In this document: positions 1-9,450 of the stretch, piece by piece
Layout of the letters: every line of letters starts with the position of its first letter
Numbering within the stretch: position 1 is the stretch's first letter
Assembly: GCA_963826525.1 (NCBI GenBank)
Contig: CAWGXH010000004.1
Location: 768,001 to 832,000 of the forward strand
DNA: 64,000 nucleotides
Reading direction: 5' to 3'
Source: an uncultured Methanomicrobiaceae archaeon
GTDB taxonomy: Archaea; Halobacteriota; Methanomicrobia; Methanomicrobiales; Methanoculleaceae
The notes under the pieces: generated by a model
What the model was told of the DNA's origin: nothing
The model's input: only the letters and a program-made list of their open reading frames with translations
Database searches by the model: none
Translations under genes and position numbers: made by a program

Positions 1-328
1 TCCGGCTGCGGATCATGGTGCTGAGCCTGTTGTAGCGGTCGCGAAAATAGTGGATGGCGTCCTCGTAGCCGGCGACGCTGCCGGCTGTCCCGGGGCTGCC
101 CATGATGACCTCGAGCTCCGGGTCGGCGAGGAAGCGGGTACCGTCCCGCTCTTTCTTCAGCCCCGGTATATGCCGCACCGAGACGACGAGTGCATCGCCG
201 GGGATCTCTGCGAGGATCCGGTCTATCAGCGCAGGGTCGTCCTGTTCCCTGATGTAACTGACTACGTCCGGGTGGACCTGGAGGTTGATATCGAGGAACC
301 GCTGTACCATCTCCCGCTCAGCGAGCAT
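1..328 (-). CDS. polD1: DNA polymerase D (Pol II) small subunit DP1, N-terminal part; runs off the window
   Basis: Manual translation from ATG at 328: MLAEREMVQRFLDINLQVHPDVV...GYEDAIHYFRDRYNRLSTMIRSR. The 'YFRDRY.RL' motif is typical of DP1, which often neighbours an S26 peptidase in Euryarchaeota. Confidence 0.85.
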   Translation of the reverse strand, partial: MLAEREMVQRFLDINLQVHPDVVSYIREQDDPALIDRILAEIPGDALVVSVRHIPGLKKERDGTRFLADPELEVIMGSPGTAGSVAGYEDAIHYFRDRYNRLSTMIRSR

Positions 329-369
329 GGTGATACGTATTGTCACTCCGGAGAAATATGGCTTTATCT

Positions 370-392
370 TTCTCCCGGGCATCCCGGGAGAA
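370..392. promoter_or_regulatory. Perfect 10-bp inverted repeat in the divergent polD1/signal peptidase promoter region
   Basis: TTCTCCCGGG-cat-CCCGGGAGAA, just after an AT-rich tttatc element. Confidence 0.4.
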
Positions 393-472
393 GACGTTCG
401 CCGTCCCCCCGTGATCCCGCACCTTCGGGAAACGTATGTATACGAGCGGTCTGATACTCACTACCAGCAGAT

Positions 473-1135
473 ATGTCAGCGTCTACCCGGTTGCAGAGCG
501 TCTCGGCAGCCATACGGAGACTCCGGACCAGCACCCATCCGGCGGCATCCCTGGTGCGGGATCTCGTCTGGGTTGTAGCGGTCGTCGGCGGTATAGCCCT
601 TCTCCTCTACCTTGTGGCGGGGACGTGGCCCGCCGTGGTCACGATCGAGTCGGAAAGCATGGTGCCGCACATGAACATCGGCGACCTGGTGCTGGTCGTG
701 GATGAAGACCGGTACGGGCAGCTCACTACCTGGGCTGAAGGGAACCGGACGGGGTATATGTCGTTTGGCGATTACGGGGATGTTGTGATCTACCGCCCGA
801 ACGGGCTGGAGGATATCCACCCGATCATCCACCGTGCGATGGCCTACGCCGATGAGGCGAGCATCGCGGCCTCACCCCTCGGTCAGTACTATACCGATCC
901 GCATGGTGGGTACATCACCAAAGGCGACAACAATCCGGTGATAGACCAGGGGACGTACTTCCAGGGGATCGGCGTGATCGAGCCCGTCAAAAAGGAGTGG
1001 ATCGTCGGAAAAGCCCTCTTCGCCATCCCGCTCATCGGGTATATCCCCCTGCATATCGTTGAATTCGCCATCCTCGTCATCGTCATTATCCTCATCCATG
1101 ACTTCGTGCTCGGGAGGCGAAAGGGCGATGACTAA
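473..1135 (+). CDS. sec11: Signal peptidase I (S26 / Sec11 type)
   Basis: TM helix, then SESMVPHMNIGD (catalytic Ser), PIIHRA, YITKGDNNP..D and a C-terminal TM helix. Confidence 0.92.
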   Translation: MSASTRLQSVSAAIRRLRTSTHPAASLVRDLVWVVAVVGGIALLLYLVAGTWPAVVTIESESMVPHMNIGDLVLVVDEDRYGQLTTWAEGNRTGYMSFGDYGDVVIYRPNGLEDIHPIIHRAMAYADEASIAASPLGQYYTDPHGGYITKGDNNPVIDQGTYFQGIGVIEPVKKEWIVGKALFAIPLIGYIPLHIVEFAILVIVIILIHDFVLGRRKGDD

Positions 1136-1176
1136 ATCCCGGGATACCAAGAACTACTGATACGGTGCTGATCTCA

Positions 1177-2253
1177 ATGCAACAGTTACTTGGCGATGTC
1201 CTTGCTGGCCACCGCCTCACCGAGGGTGAGGCCGTCCGGCTGATGAAGGTTAAGGATCGCGAGGTCTTTTCGATCGCGGCGGCGGCGGACGCGCTCCGCG
1301 AGGAGAAGGTCGGCAACCTCGTGACCTATGTCAGAAACCAGAATATCCATATCACCAATGTCTGCAAGAACCTCTGCGGATTCTGCAGTTTCGGCAAAAG
1401 GGTCGGCGACCCGGAGGCGTTCTGCAACGACCGCGAGGCGACGGTAGCGAAGGTCCTGCAGGCCGTGGAGCGGAACGTCACCGAGGTCTGTCTCCTCTCC
1501 GGGGTGCATCCGGACTATACCCTTGAGTCTTACGTCGACCTGATCGGCTGCGTCCACGAAGCGGCGCCGCAGGTGGATATCCACACCGCAAGCCCCGACG
1601 AGATCGCCTGGGCGGCGAAGCAGAGCGGCGTCTCCACGGCTGAGGCGATCGACCGGCTCCGCGAGGCGGGCCTCGGCACCCTGCAGGGGACCGCCGCCGA
1701 GATCCTGGTCGACGAGGTTCGGCGGGTGATCTGCCCGCGGAAGTGCGATACCGCGACATGGGTGCGGATCGTGAAGGAGGCGCACCGAAAGGGCATCCGG
1801 TCGACCGCGACGATCATGTACGGCTCTGCAGAGAGCGTCGAAGACCGCGTCCGGCACCTCGCTATCCTCCGGGAGATCCAGGACGAGACCGGCGGCTTCA
1901 CCGAGCTCGTGCCCCTCTCTTACCTCCACGAGAACACCGCGCTCTACCGCCGCGGGCTTGCCCCCGCCGGTGCGACGGGGCGGGAGGATATCCTCCTCTT
2001 CGCGGTCGCCCGGCTCTTCCTCGACAACTTCGACCACATCCAGATCTCCTGGGGCAAGGTCGGGCCGAAGATGGCGCAGATGGGGCTTCTCGCCGGCGGG
2101 GACGATCTCGGCGGGACGATGTTCTGCGACGACGTCAGCGTGACCGCCGGCGGTACAGGTGCCGATTACCTCGATCCCGCGGAGATGGAGCGAATAGCCA
2201 CAGATATCGGCCGACGGCTCGTCCAGCGGACGACGACCTACGGGCGAGTCTGA
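1177..2253 (+). CDS. cofH: FO synthase subunit CofH (radical SAM), paralog 1
   Basis: VTYVRNQNI, CKNLCGFC (CxxxCxxC), GTAAEIL, STATIMYG, QDETGGFTELVPL, DLGGTM. Confidence 0.88.
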   Translation: MQQLLGDVLAGHRLTEGEAVRLMKVKDREVFSIAAAADALREEKVGNLVTYVRNQNIHITNVCKNLCGFCSFGKRVGDPEAFCNDREATVAKVLQAVERNVTEVCLLSGVHPDYTLESYVDLIGCVHEAAPQVDIHTASPDEIAWAAKQSGVSTAEAIDRLREAGLGTLQGTAAEILVDEVRRVICPRKCDTATWVRIVKEAHRKGIRSTATIMYGSAESVEDRVRHLAILREIQDETGGFTELVPLSYLHENTALYRRGLAPAGATGREDILLFAVARLFLDNFDHIQISWGKVGPKMAQMGLLAGGDDLGGTMFCDDVSVTAGGTGADYLDPAEMERIATDIGRRLVQRTTTYGRV

Positions 2254-4080
2254 CGGCGGCGGCCGCGGCCGGTCCCGCCCTCGTATTCTTCTCTTCCCCG
2301 GGGTGATCGATCGCCCACGCCGCGAGCACGTGCGAAAGATGCGTGAGCGCCTGTGGGAAGTTGCCGAGCATTACCCGGCCGACCCCGTCGATCTCCTCTG
2401 AGAAGAGGCCGAGGGGGCTTGCGGCGCGGTAGGCCCGTGCGTACCAGTCCCGGGCACTCTCGATATCGCCCTGGTTTGCTTTCACCGTCGCCATCCAGAA
2501 GCAGGCGGGGAGGAACGCGCCTTCCCTGCCCTGTAGGTTGTCGTCGATGATGTAGCGCTGCAGGTAGCCCTCCTCGTCGAGCTGGTCTTCGATGTAGCGC
2601 ACCGTCCCGGCGAACCGCTCGTGGCCGTACTCCGTCACCCCCACGATCGGGAAGAGGAGCATCGCCACGTCGGCATCGTTCCGGACGGTCATCTGGGTGT
2701 ATGCCCCGACCTCGGCGCTGTAGCCCTCGGTGTCCACGTAACTCCAGATATCGTCCCTGACACGCTCCCAGCGCTCCAGGGGTGCGGGAAACCCGTTCTC
2801 GGTCGCGATCTCGATCCCGCGGCGGACGGCCATGTACGCCATCGCTTTCGAGAAGATCTGCTGGTAGTTCCCGCCCCGGATCTCCCAGATCCCGGCATCG
2901 GGCCGCCGCCAGTTTTCGCAGACCCAGTCGACGAGCCGCCGGAGCGCCTCCCAAATCGCCGGCCCCTCCGGCCCCTGCATCAGCCGCGGCGCCCGGTGGA
3001 AGCAGAGCATCACCTCGCCGAAGGTGTCGAGCTGGAACTGCCTGCCCGCTCCGTTCCCGATGTGGACGGGCGTCGAGTGCCGGTAGCCTTCCGCCCGGTC
3101 GAGGTCACGCTCCTCGACCTCCCGGCCGAGATCGACACGGTAAAGCGGCTGGAGCCGCTCGGGCGGGTCCCGGCGGAGGAGCGAGGCGAGCCACCACCGG
3201 AATGCGTCGGCCTCCTCCGTATACCCCGTCGACTCGAACGCCATCACGATAAAGACCCCGTCGCGGAGCCAGACGTAGCGGTAGTCCCAGTTCCTCTTCC
3301 CGCCCGGCTGCTCGGGGAGCCCGAGCGATGGAGCGGCGACGAAGGTGCCTGTCGGCTGGTACTGAAGCAGCTTCAGTGTGAGGAGGCTTCGGAGGACGTC
3401 CGGCCGGTGCTCGCCGGTGTGGGTGCAGCGGCACGACCATTCCCGCCAGTATGTCCTGGTCGCTGCGAGCAGCTGCTTTGCATACCTGCGGGGATCGGGG
3501 CATTCCGCCCGGTGTCCATAGGCGAGGACGAAGGCGTGGACGTCCCCGTCGCCGAACCGGATCGTCGTCTCCGCTCGCTGCCCCGTGACCTCCGGCTCCG
3601 CCGTGCAGAAGAGCCGGAGGGTCTTGCTCTCTCCACGCGCAACGACGCCGTTTCCCTCCGCGGTGAGGACGGGTTCCTCCTCCCCATAGCGGAAGGCGGG
3701 AAAGAACTCCATGGTGACGTCGATGGGGAGCCCCTTCGACGAGACCAGGCGCACGAGGAGCGGCACGCTGCTGCGGGGGTAGGGCATGAACGTCGTCATC
3801 CGGACGGTGGCATCTGCCGTTCCGAGGTCAGAGACCAGAATGTTCGTCTCCTCCTCGTAGTACCGAAGAGATCTTGTGGTGCACGGGAAGCCCGGTCGCG
3901 AAGTAGCCGCCCTTCCGGACATCGACGAGGCGGGAAAAGACGGCTCGGCCCGTCGAACCGTTCGGGGCACCACCACTCCACGACCCCCTCGTCCGTGACG
4001 AGTGCGGCGGTATGTCCGTCCCCGACCATCCCGATCTGTGAGAGGTCGGGATACGGTGTGAGTGTGAGCGGTCGAATCAT
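2135..4080 (-). CDS. Glycoside hydrolase family 15 (trehalase/glucoamylase-like); frameshift near 3945
   Basis: N-term IGMVGDGHTAALV...WWCPERFDGPS joins a frame with RNWDYRYVWLRD, QLDTFGE, PDAGIWEIRG, EGAFLPACFW, GNFPQALTHL. The 3' end is uncertain because it overlaps cofH. Confidence 0.88.
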
Positions 4081-4296
4081 GCTCCCCATTCCATGTTTCG
4101 CATCAGCCCGCCCCCGCCCGTGCGAATGCCACGGCGGCCGCATGCCCTGTTCCCTGGCCGGAACCGGTGACGACCGCTATCGCTCCTTTCAGTCTTCCGG
4201 CCATACTGTTCACCGCTCCCGCTCGGAGTTTATCGCACTTAAGGGTATGTGCCCTGCCGGGACGGGGCGCGGGCTCGTAGATAAATAGAAGATTTT

Positions 4297-4329
4297 TCTG
4301 GTTGCAGGAAGACCATTACTGCAACCAGA
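4297..4329. promoter_or_regulatory. Perfect 11-bp inverted repeat (operator or 5' UTR hairpin) upstream of the TPR gene
   Basis: TCTGGTTGCAG-N11-CTGCAACCAGA, about 10 bp downstream of TATA-like ATAAATA (4281-4287). Confidence 0.5.
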
Positions 4330-4387
4330 TCGTATTTCACCCGGTCAGGGAGCGGGCGGTGCGGTCTTTGGGATAGTTTGGTGGAGC

Positions 4388-5546
4388 ATGGGCATTCTGG
4401 ATGCATTCTTCGGATCGAGTCCGGAGGCTCTGATCGGCCAGGGACGCGTGTACGCCGGGAAGGGGGTGTATGAGGAGGCACTCCGCTGCTTCGACGAGGC
4501 GCTCGGGCTCGACCCGAAAGCGACCGCCGCGTGGTACGAAAAAGGATGCGTCCTCAGCCTGACCGGCCGGCACCGCGAGGCGCTCCAGTGCCTGTACACC
4601 GTTATCAGAAGCGACCCGAAGCATACGGCGGCCTGGAACCGGATGGGGCTTGCTCACCGGGAGCTCGGAAGTCACCAGGACGCCCTGCAGTGCTTCGAGA
4701 GGGCCGCCCGTATCGCCCCCGAGGATGCTGAGGCCTGGAACAATATGGGTCTTGTCCTGATGGAGATGGGGAAGAACGAGGATGCGCTCCGCTGTTTTGG
4801 CAGGAGGGTCGCCATCACCCCCGGGAGCGCTGCGTCGTGGTATCGGAAAGCAGATGCCCTTCGTGCCCTCGGCCGCTACGAGGACGCGATCGAGTGCTAC
4901 TCGGCGTACCTCGGCCTCTTCCCGAAGGACGGCGGTGCATGGGTTCGTCTTGGGTGCACCCTCCGGACGGTGCACCGCTATGCGGAAGCCGTCTCCTGCT
5001 TCGACCGTGCGATCAAGATTGATCGCGGCGATGCCGGCGCCTGGAATGAGAGGGGTGTCACCCTCAAGAAGGCAGGGGATATCCGGCAGGCGCTCCGATC
5101 CTTTGACCGCTCGCTGAAGGCCGATCCGGAGAACGCCGTGGTCTGGGCTAACAAAGCCCTGGTTCTCCATGACCTTTCCCGGGACGAGGAGGCCGCTGAC
5201 TGCTACCTGCACGCCCTCGGGCTCGACCCTGAGAACACCGACCTCCTCTACCGGCTCGGGACGACCTACGACGGTCTCGGGCAGCGAAGCGAGGCGCTCG
5301 CGTACTATACCCGGTACCTGAACGTTCGACCGGAGAACGGCTATGCCTGGCTCCGCACAGGTATCGCCTTCCAGCAGGAGGGGGATCACGCCATGGCACT
5401 CCGCTGTTTTAAGAAGGCGCTCTCTATCGACGGGAATGATGCCGATGCCTGGCACTACCGGGGTCTTACGCACCAGAGTCTCGGTGAAGAGGCGAAGGCG
5501 GAGGCGTGTTTCCGGAAAGCACGCGAGGCGATGCTGAAGTACCTGA
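4388..5546 (+). CDS. Tetratricopeptide repeat protein (about 11 TPRs)
   Basis: Repeated AW.xKG...EAL.CF..AL..DP units. The likely true stop is AAG TAC (c) TGA at 5544-5546; the ORF-track read-through to 5812 overlaps the opposite-strand gene. Confidence 0.85.
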
Positions 5547-5556
5547 TCGCTGCCGC

Positions 5557-5868
5557 TTACATCCTGTTTACGGCCTCTCTTCCGGTCATCCCGGGTTCGA
5601 CACGGTGCTGGACGGCATGCAGGTTGGCCGCCTTGACCTCGCCGTCGAGGAGGTCGTCGATGCTCTCGATTGCCATTCCTTCTCCGGCGTGCACGATCGC
5701 TGCAGGAACCCCGAGGTTCTCGAGCGCTTCGATATCGAATCCTGCCGTCCCGATCATCCCGGTCTCGGTGACGACCGCCATCAGTTTTGCCGGCCCTACC
5801 GGGATGACGTAGCTGTAGGCGTCTTTATACGCGAGCCTGATTCGCTCGTGCATCATCTCCTGTTGCAT
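5557..5868 (-). CDS. YunC/DUF1805 family protein, copy 1
   Basis: GMIGTAGFDIEAL...PAAIV...IDDLLDGEV...GMTGREAV pattern. Confidence 0.75.
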   Translation of the reverse strand: MQQEMMHERIRLAYKDAYSYVIPVGPAKLMAVVTETGMIGTAGFDIEALENLGVPAAIVHAGEGMAIESIDDLLDGEVKAANLHAVQHRVEPGMTGREAVNRM

Positions 5869-5996
5869 GGCCCCCGGGGTGGGTGCGCACGGTAATAAGC
5901 CTTATGCCCCGCCCGGTCCGGGACGGCAGCATCACTCTTATTACGTCTCCGGGCGCACGTTCGTGCGACCACACCGACGTGGCAGGCATCTGTGCT

Positions 5997-7082
5997 ATGA
6001 CACCAGTTTCGGAGATCCTCGACGACGTGCTCGCCGGCCACCGCCTCACCGAGGAGGAGGCCGCAGAGCTGATGCAGGTTCGTGGTCGGGACGTCTTTCT
6101 GATCGCGGCGGCAGCGGATACGCTCCGTGAGCGGATCGCCGGCGACCCGATCACCTACGTCAGAAACCAGAACATCAACGTTACCAACCTCTGCGTTAAC
6201 ACCTGCGGGTTCTGCGGTTTCTCAAAGAAGCCCGGCGACGAGGGGGTGTATGACTACGGCAGAGAGATCATCCGCGCAAAAGCAGAGCAGGCACGCGAGC
6301 GGGACGTGACCGAGATCTGCACAGTGAGCGGTCTGCACCCTGCTTTCTCCGCGCAGTCTTACATCGACATCATCGGCTGGCTCCGCGAAGGAGCCCCGGA
6401 TGTTCACATCCACGCGAGCAACCCGATGGAGGTTGCCTACGCCGCTGAAAAGAGCGGCATCTCCACGGAGGAGGTGCTCCGGGAACTGCAGAAGGCAGGT
6501 CTCGGGACGCTCTGCGGGACGGCGGCGGAAATTCTGGTCGACGATATTCGGCAGGTGATCTGCCCGGGAAAGATCGATACCGAGACCTGGATCCGGATAG
6601 TGAAGGAGGCGCACGCACTCGGCATCCGGTCGACCGCGACGATCATGTACGGCCATATCGAGTCCGCGGAGGATAGGGTCAGGCATCTTTCTATCCTCCG
6701 GGAGATACAGGATGAGACCGGCGGCTTTACCGAGTTTGTGCCGCTCTCCTTCATCCATATGAACACCCCTATCTATCGGGCGGGGCTCGCCCGCCCCGGC
6801 GCAACGGGCAGGGAAGACCTCCTGATGTACGCGGTTTCCCGGCTCTTTCTCGACAATATCAGGAATATCCAGGTCTCCTGGGTGAAGCTCGGGGTCAAGT
6901 TCTCCCAGCTCATGCTCCTTGCCGGCGCAAACGACCTCGGCGGCACGATGTTTGAGGAGAGCATCTCGAAGGGCGCCGGGGCGCGGGATACCGATTACCT
7001 CGACCCCGGGGTGATGCGGCGGATGGCCGAGGACATCGGCCGATCGCTCCGGCAGCGGACGACGCTCTACGAGCGGGTCTGA
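5997..7082 (+). CDS. cofH: FO synthase subunit CofH (radical SAM), paralog 2
   Basis: CVNTCGFC, GTAAEIL, STATIMYGHIE, NIQVSWVKLG, GANDLGGTMFEESIS. Confidence 0.92.
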   Translation: MTPVSEILDDVLAGHRLTEEEAAELMQVRGRDVFLIAAAADTLRERIAGDPITYVRNQNINVTNLCVNTCGFCGFSKKPGDEGVYDYGREIIRAKAEQARERDVTEICTVSGLHPAFSAQSYIDIIGWLREGAPDVHIHASNPMEVAYAAEKSGISTEEVLRELQKAGLGTLCGTAAEILVDDIRQVICPGKIDTETWIRIVKEAHALGIRSTATIMYGHIESAEDRVRHLSILREIQDETGGFTEFVPLSFIHMNTPIYRAGLARPGATGREDLLMYAVSRLFLDNIRNIQVSWVKLGVKFSQLMLLAGANDLGGTMFEESISKGAGARDTDYLDPGVMRRMAEDIGRSLRQRTTLYERV

Positions 7083-7090
7083 TCGCTGCC

Positions 7091-7374
7091 TTACGAGAGG
7101 AGATCGAGCGCTTCCTTCCCGGAGATCCCCTCGGTCACACCGAGCCTCCGGGCGGATTCGTTCGCCTCCCTGACGGCACGGTCGCCACGCTCGTCCCCTG
7201 CCCGGGCCGCACCCGTGCTGCCGGATAGCCGAAGGTTTGCAGGGCAGCGACATCGATGGCACCGCACCCGACAAGCCCGTGTACGGCAACGACGGCGACA
7301 AGATTGATACCCCCAAGGGGGATGACGTATCCGGCGCCCTCGGAACGCTCAAGCGGAACAGAAATCCTTTCCAT
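7091..7374 (-). CDS. YunC/DUF1805 family protein, copy 2 (frame break/short deletion near 7170; possibly a pseudogene)
   Basis: MERISVPL...GLVGCGAIDVAALQTFGYPAARV..., then VREANESARRLGVTEGISGKEALDLLS* in another frame. The expected 'DDLL' segment is missing. Confidence 0.65.
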
Positions 7375-7560
7375 TGCTACCCTGCAGCGGAGGCTTACCT
7401 GATAAGCATTCCCGGGACGCTTCGGCAGATCCAGTCGTAACCTTCCCATCCGGTCACCGGTGCAGTCCTGATTTTTATAATCCTGACAAAATTTAAATAC
7501 CCGCCCCCTGATACAGGGAAATCTCATCCGGCAGTAGGCCGGATAGGGAGGGGTGAAAAG

Positions 7561-7719
7561 ATGGTAAACGGTTTACTCGGGCTTGCGATCCTGTTTTTTA
7601 TCCTGGCATTGGTCTTTGCAGTGCTCGGTGCACGGGGCATCGCGGGCATCTCCATGTCGATAGCAAAGTGGTTGGTGATCATCTTCATTGTGCTTGCCAT
7701 TATAGCGCTCTTGCTCTAG
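7561..7719 (+). CDS. Small membrane protein DUF1328/UPF0391 family (52 aa, below the ORF-track cutoff)
   Basis: [52 protein letters not shown]; RBS GGAGGGGTGA and TATA-like TTTAAATA upstream. Confidence 0.85.
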   Translation: MVNGLLGLAILFFILALVFAVLGARGIAGISMSIAKWLVIIFIVLAIIALLL

Positions 7720-7819
7720 TTGCTGCCTGGCTCCGGGCAGCGAGGGTCAGGAGATCCAATTTTTCTTTTCGGGGCGCCACAAGAAAAAAAGACGGGGATC
7801 GGTGGCAGGACGCCTATCA

Positions 7820-8371
7820 TCAGTCCGCCGGCTGGAGGAGATTGACGATGGTCTCTGCAACGTCCTTTGCTTTCTGCATCGCCCGCTTATCAAGCATGAT
7901 ATCCCCCGGAGCATACCCTTTCCCGCAGACGTAGCCGAGATATGCGAACTCGTGGGTGTTAAGGAACCCTTCGAGCGTTTCTAAAGCGCGTTCGCACCCC
8001 CGGTCTGCGCAGACGGTGACCGCAACCGCCTTTCTCCCGGCGAGCCTTCTGTCGTGGTAGAGAGAGTAGGTGCGGTCGATAAAGTTCTTCAGCTGCCCGC
8101 TCACGTCGTAGTAGTAGGTCGGCGACCCGAGCACCAGCACCTCACACTCGAGGATCCGATCGACGATCGAAGCCCAGTCGTCGTCTTCGGTGGCACACCA
8201 CTTCGCTGTCCGGCAGACCTCGCACCCGGTGCATGGGCGGATCTCCTTATCGGCAAGTGAGATGAACTCGGTCTCGATCCCCGCCTCTTTCACGTGATCG
8301 AGTATGACGTTGACGAGCTGTGCGGTATTCCCGCTCGCGCGCATGCTGCCTGAAATGCCGAGAACCTTCAT
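7820..8371 (-). CDS. Iron-sulfur flavoprotein (flavodoxin-like, Isf family)
   Basis: MKVLGISGSMRASGNT, CTGCEVC...C, LGSPTYY...LKNFIDR. Confidence 0.9.
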   Translation of the reverse strand: MKVLGISGSMRASGNTAQLVNVILDHVKEAGIETEFISLADKEIRPCTGCEVCRTAKWCATEDDDWASIVDRILECEVLVLGSPTYYYDVSGQLKNFIDRTYSLYHDRRLAGRKAVAVTVCADRGCERALETLEGFLNTHEFAYLGYVCGKGYAPGDIMLDKRAMQKAKDVAETIVNLLQPAD

Positions 8372-8383
8372 ACTGTATCCTTG

Positions 8384-8824
8384 TCACTCTCGTTCTTGAT
8401 AGTATTGATACCGGCATGCGAGCCCAAGCGCCCGGAACGCCGCGAAAACCTCGCCGGCCGGGTCATCCGGCCGCCGGAAGAGGTGCGATCGGCAGCGGCA
8501 GTCGCTGGAGCCGAATCCGGGTACCACCTCACCGCCGATCAGCCTTGCAAGATCGCACTCGACCCGCCGGTCGGTCGGGGCGGAGACGACGGCCGCGAGG
8601 GTAAACCCCGGATCGAGGAGCAGGTAGTCGACGTGCCACCGGGGAGATCGGTCACGCTCCCGGGAGAGGCGGACGTGCCGTTCCGCCCGGCCAAGGCCGC
8701 CGCTTCCGAGGGCCGAGCCGACGTAGCAGTGCCAGCCTCCCGGAAAGGCAATGGTACCCAGGCTGCCGATCCGGATCTCCCGGGGACGGTTTGCAAAGAG
8801 AAGGCAGTAGACCCCTTTATCCAT
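8384..8824 (-). CDS. GIY-YIG (Uri) superfamily protein, DUF123
   Basis: KGVYCL, YVGSALG, RWHVDYLL, EC.LA, GFGSSDCRCRSHLF. Confidence 0.85.
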   Translation of the reverse strand: MDKGVYCLLFANRPREIRIGSLGTIAFPGGWHCYVGSALGSGGLGRAERHVRLSRERDRSPRWHVDYLLLDPGFTLAAVVSAPTDRRVECDLARLIGGEVVPGFGSSDCRCRSHLFRRPDDPAGEVFAAFRALGLACRYQYYQERE

Positions 8825-9416
8825 AAGTCTTCATGAGATCGCGGGCGGCGGCGATATGCCGCTCTCCACCGCTTGCGACCGGCTCACCGTGCCCCGGGTA
8901 GAGGCCGTCGACCGGAAGGGCGGCGAGCCGTTCGAGGGATGCCGCAAGCGCGATCCGGTCGCCGCCCGGGAAGTCGTACCTGCCGAACGACCCGCCGGTA
9001 AAGACGGTATCGCCCGAGAAGAGGATCCGCGTTTCCCGGTCGTAGAGCGAGATGCACCCGGGCGTGTGCCCGGGGGTGTGGATGACCTCGAGGCTCCCGA
9101 TCCTCTCACCGTCCGTGAGGGTACGGTCCGGGACGATACCCTTTGTTCGCGCTCCAAAGAGCATGGCGAGGTTCCGCGTATCCTCGAGAAGCCCCGGTGC
9201 GTCGAGCTCGTGGATGCAGAGCGTTGCATCGCACATCCGGGCAATCTCGGCCGCATACGCGGTATGATCGTAGTGGCAGTGCGTGAGGACGATCGTCTCG
9301 ATCCGGTCCTTATACGCTTCGAGCGCCATCGGGGGAACGCCCGCATCAACGAGGATATTTCCGTATACAAATGAATTGGCAGCCTGTGCGCCGCTCGTTA
9401 TCCACCGGACTGGCAT
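8817..9416 (-). CDS. MBL-fold metallo-hydrolase
   Basis: THCHYDH, HTPGHTPG, FSGDTVF, PGHG. Confidence 0.9.
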   Translation of the reverse strand: MPVRWITSGAQAANSFVYGNILVDAGVPPMALEAYKDRIETIVLTHCHYDHTAYAAEIARMCDATLCIHELDAPGLLEDTRNLAMLFGARTKGIVPDRTLTDGERIGSLEVIHTPGHTPGCISLYDRETRILFSGDTVFTGGSFGRYDFPGGDRIALAASLERLAALPVDGLYPGHGEPVASGGERHIAAARDLMKTYG

Positions 9417-9450
9417 GTACACTAATAAGGATTCCAGACAAATGTGTCTT

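Noticed and set aside
329-472. Possible replication origin beside polD1 and the S26 peptidase
   Set aside because: No ORB consensus (TTCCAGTGGAAAC plus G-string), no long AT-rich unwinding element and no cdc6 visible
2621-4288. Long antisense/alternative-frame ORFs (e.g. 2621-4288, 16559-18055, 19724-21079, 52978-54417, 54090-55661)
   Set aside because: Shadow ORFs of real genes in high-GC DNA, with no recognisable motifs
5547-5812. C-terminal extension of the TPR protein in the ORF track
   Set aside because: Read-through caused by an extra C after GTAC that hides a TGA stop; overlaps the real YunC gene on the other strand
8384-8824. GIY-YIG gene as a homing endonuclease/mobile element
   Set aside because: Short DUF123-type protein common in archaea, operonic with housekeeping genes, no intron or intein context
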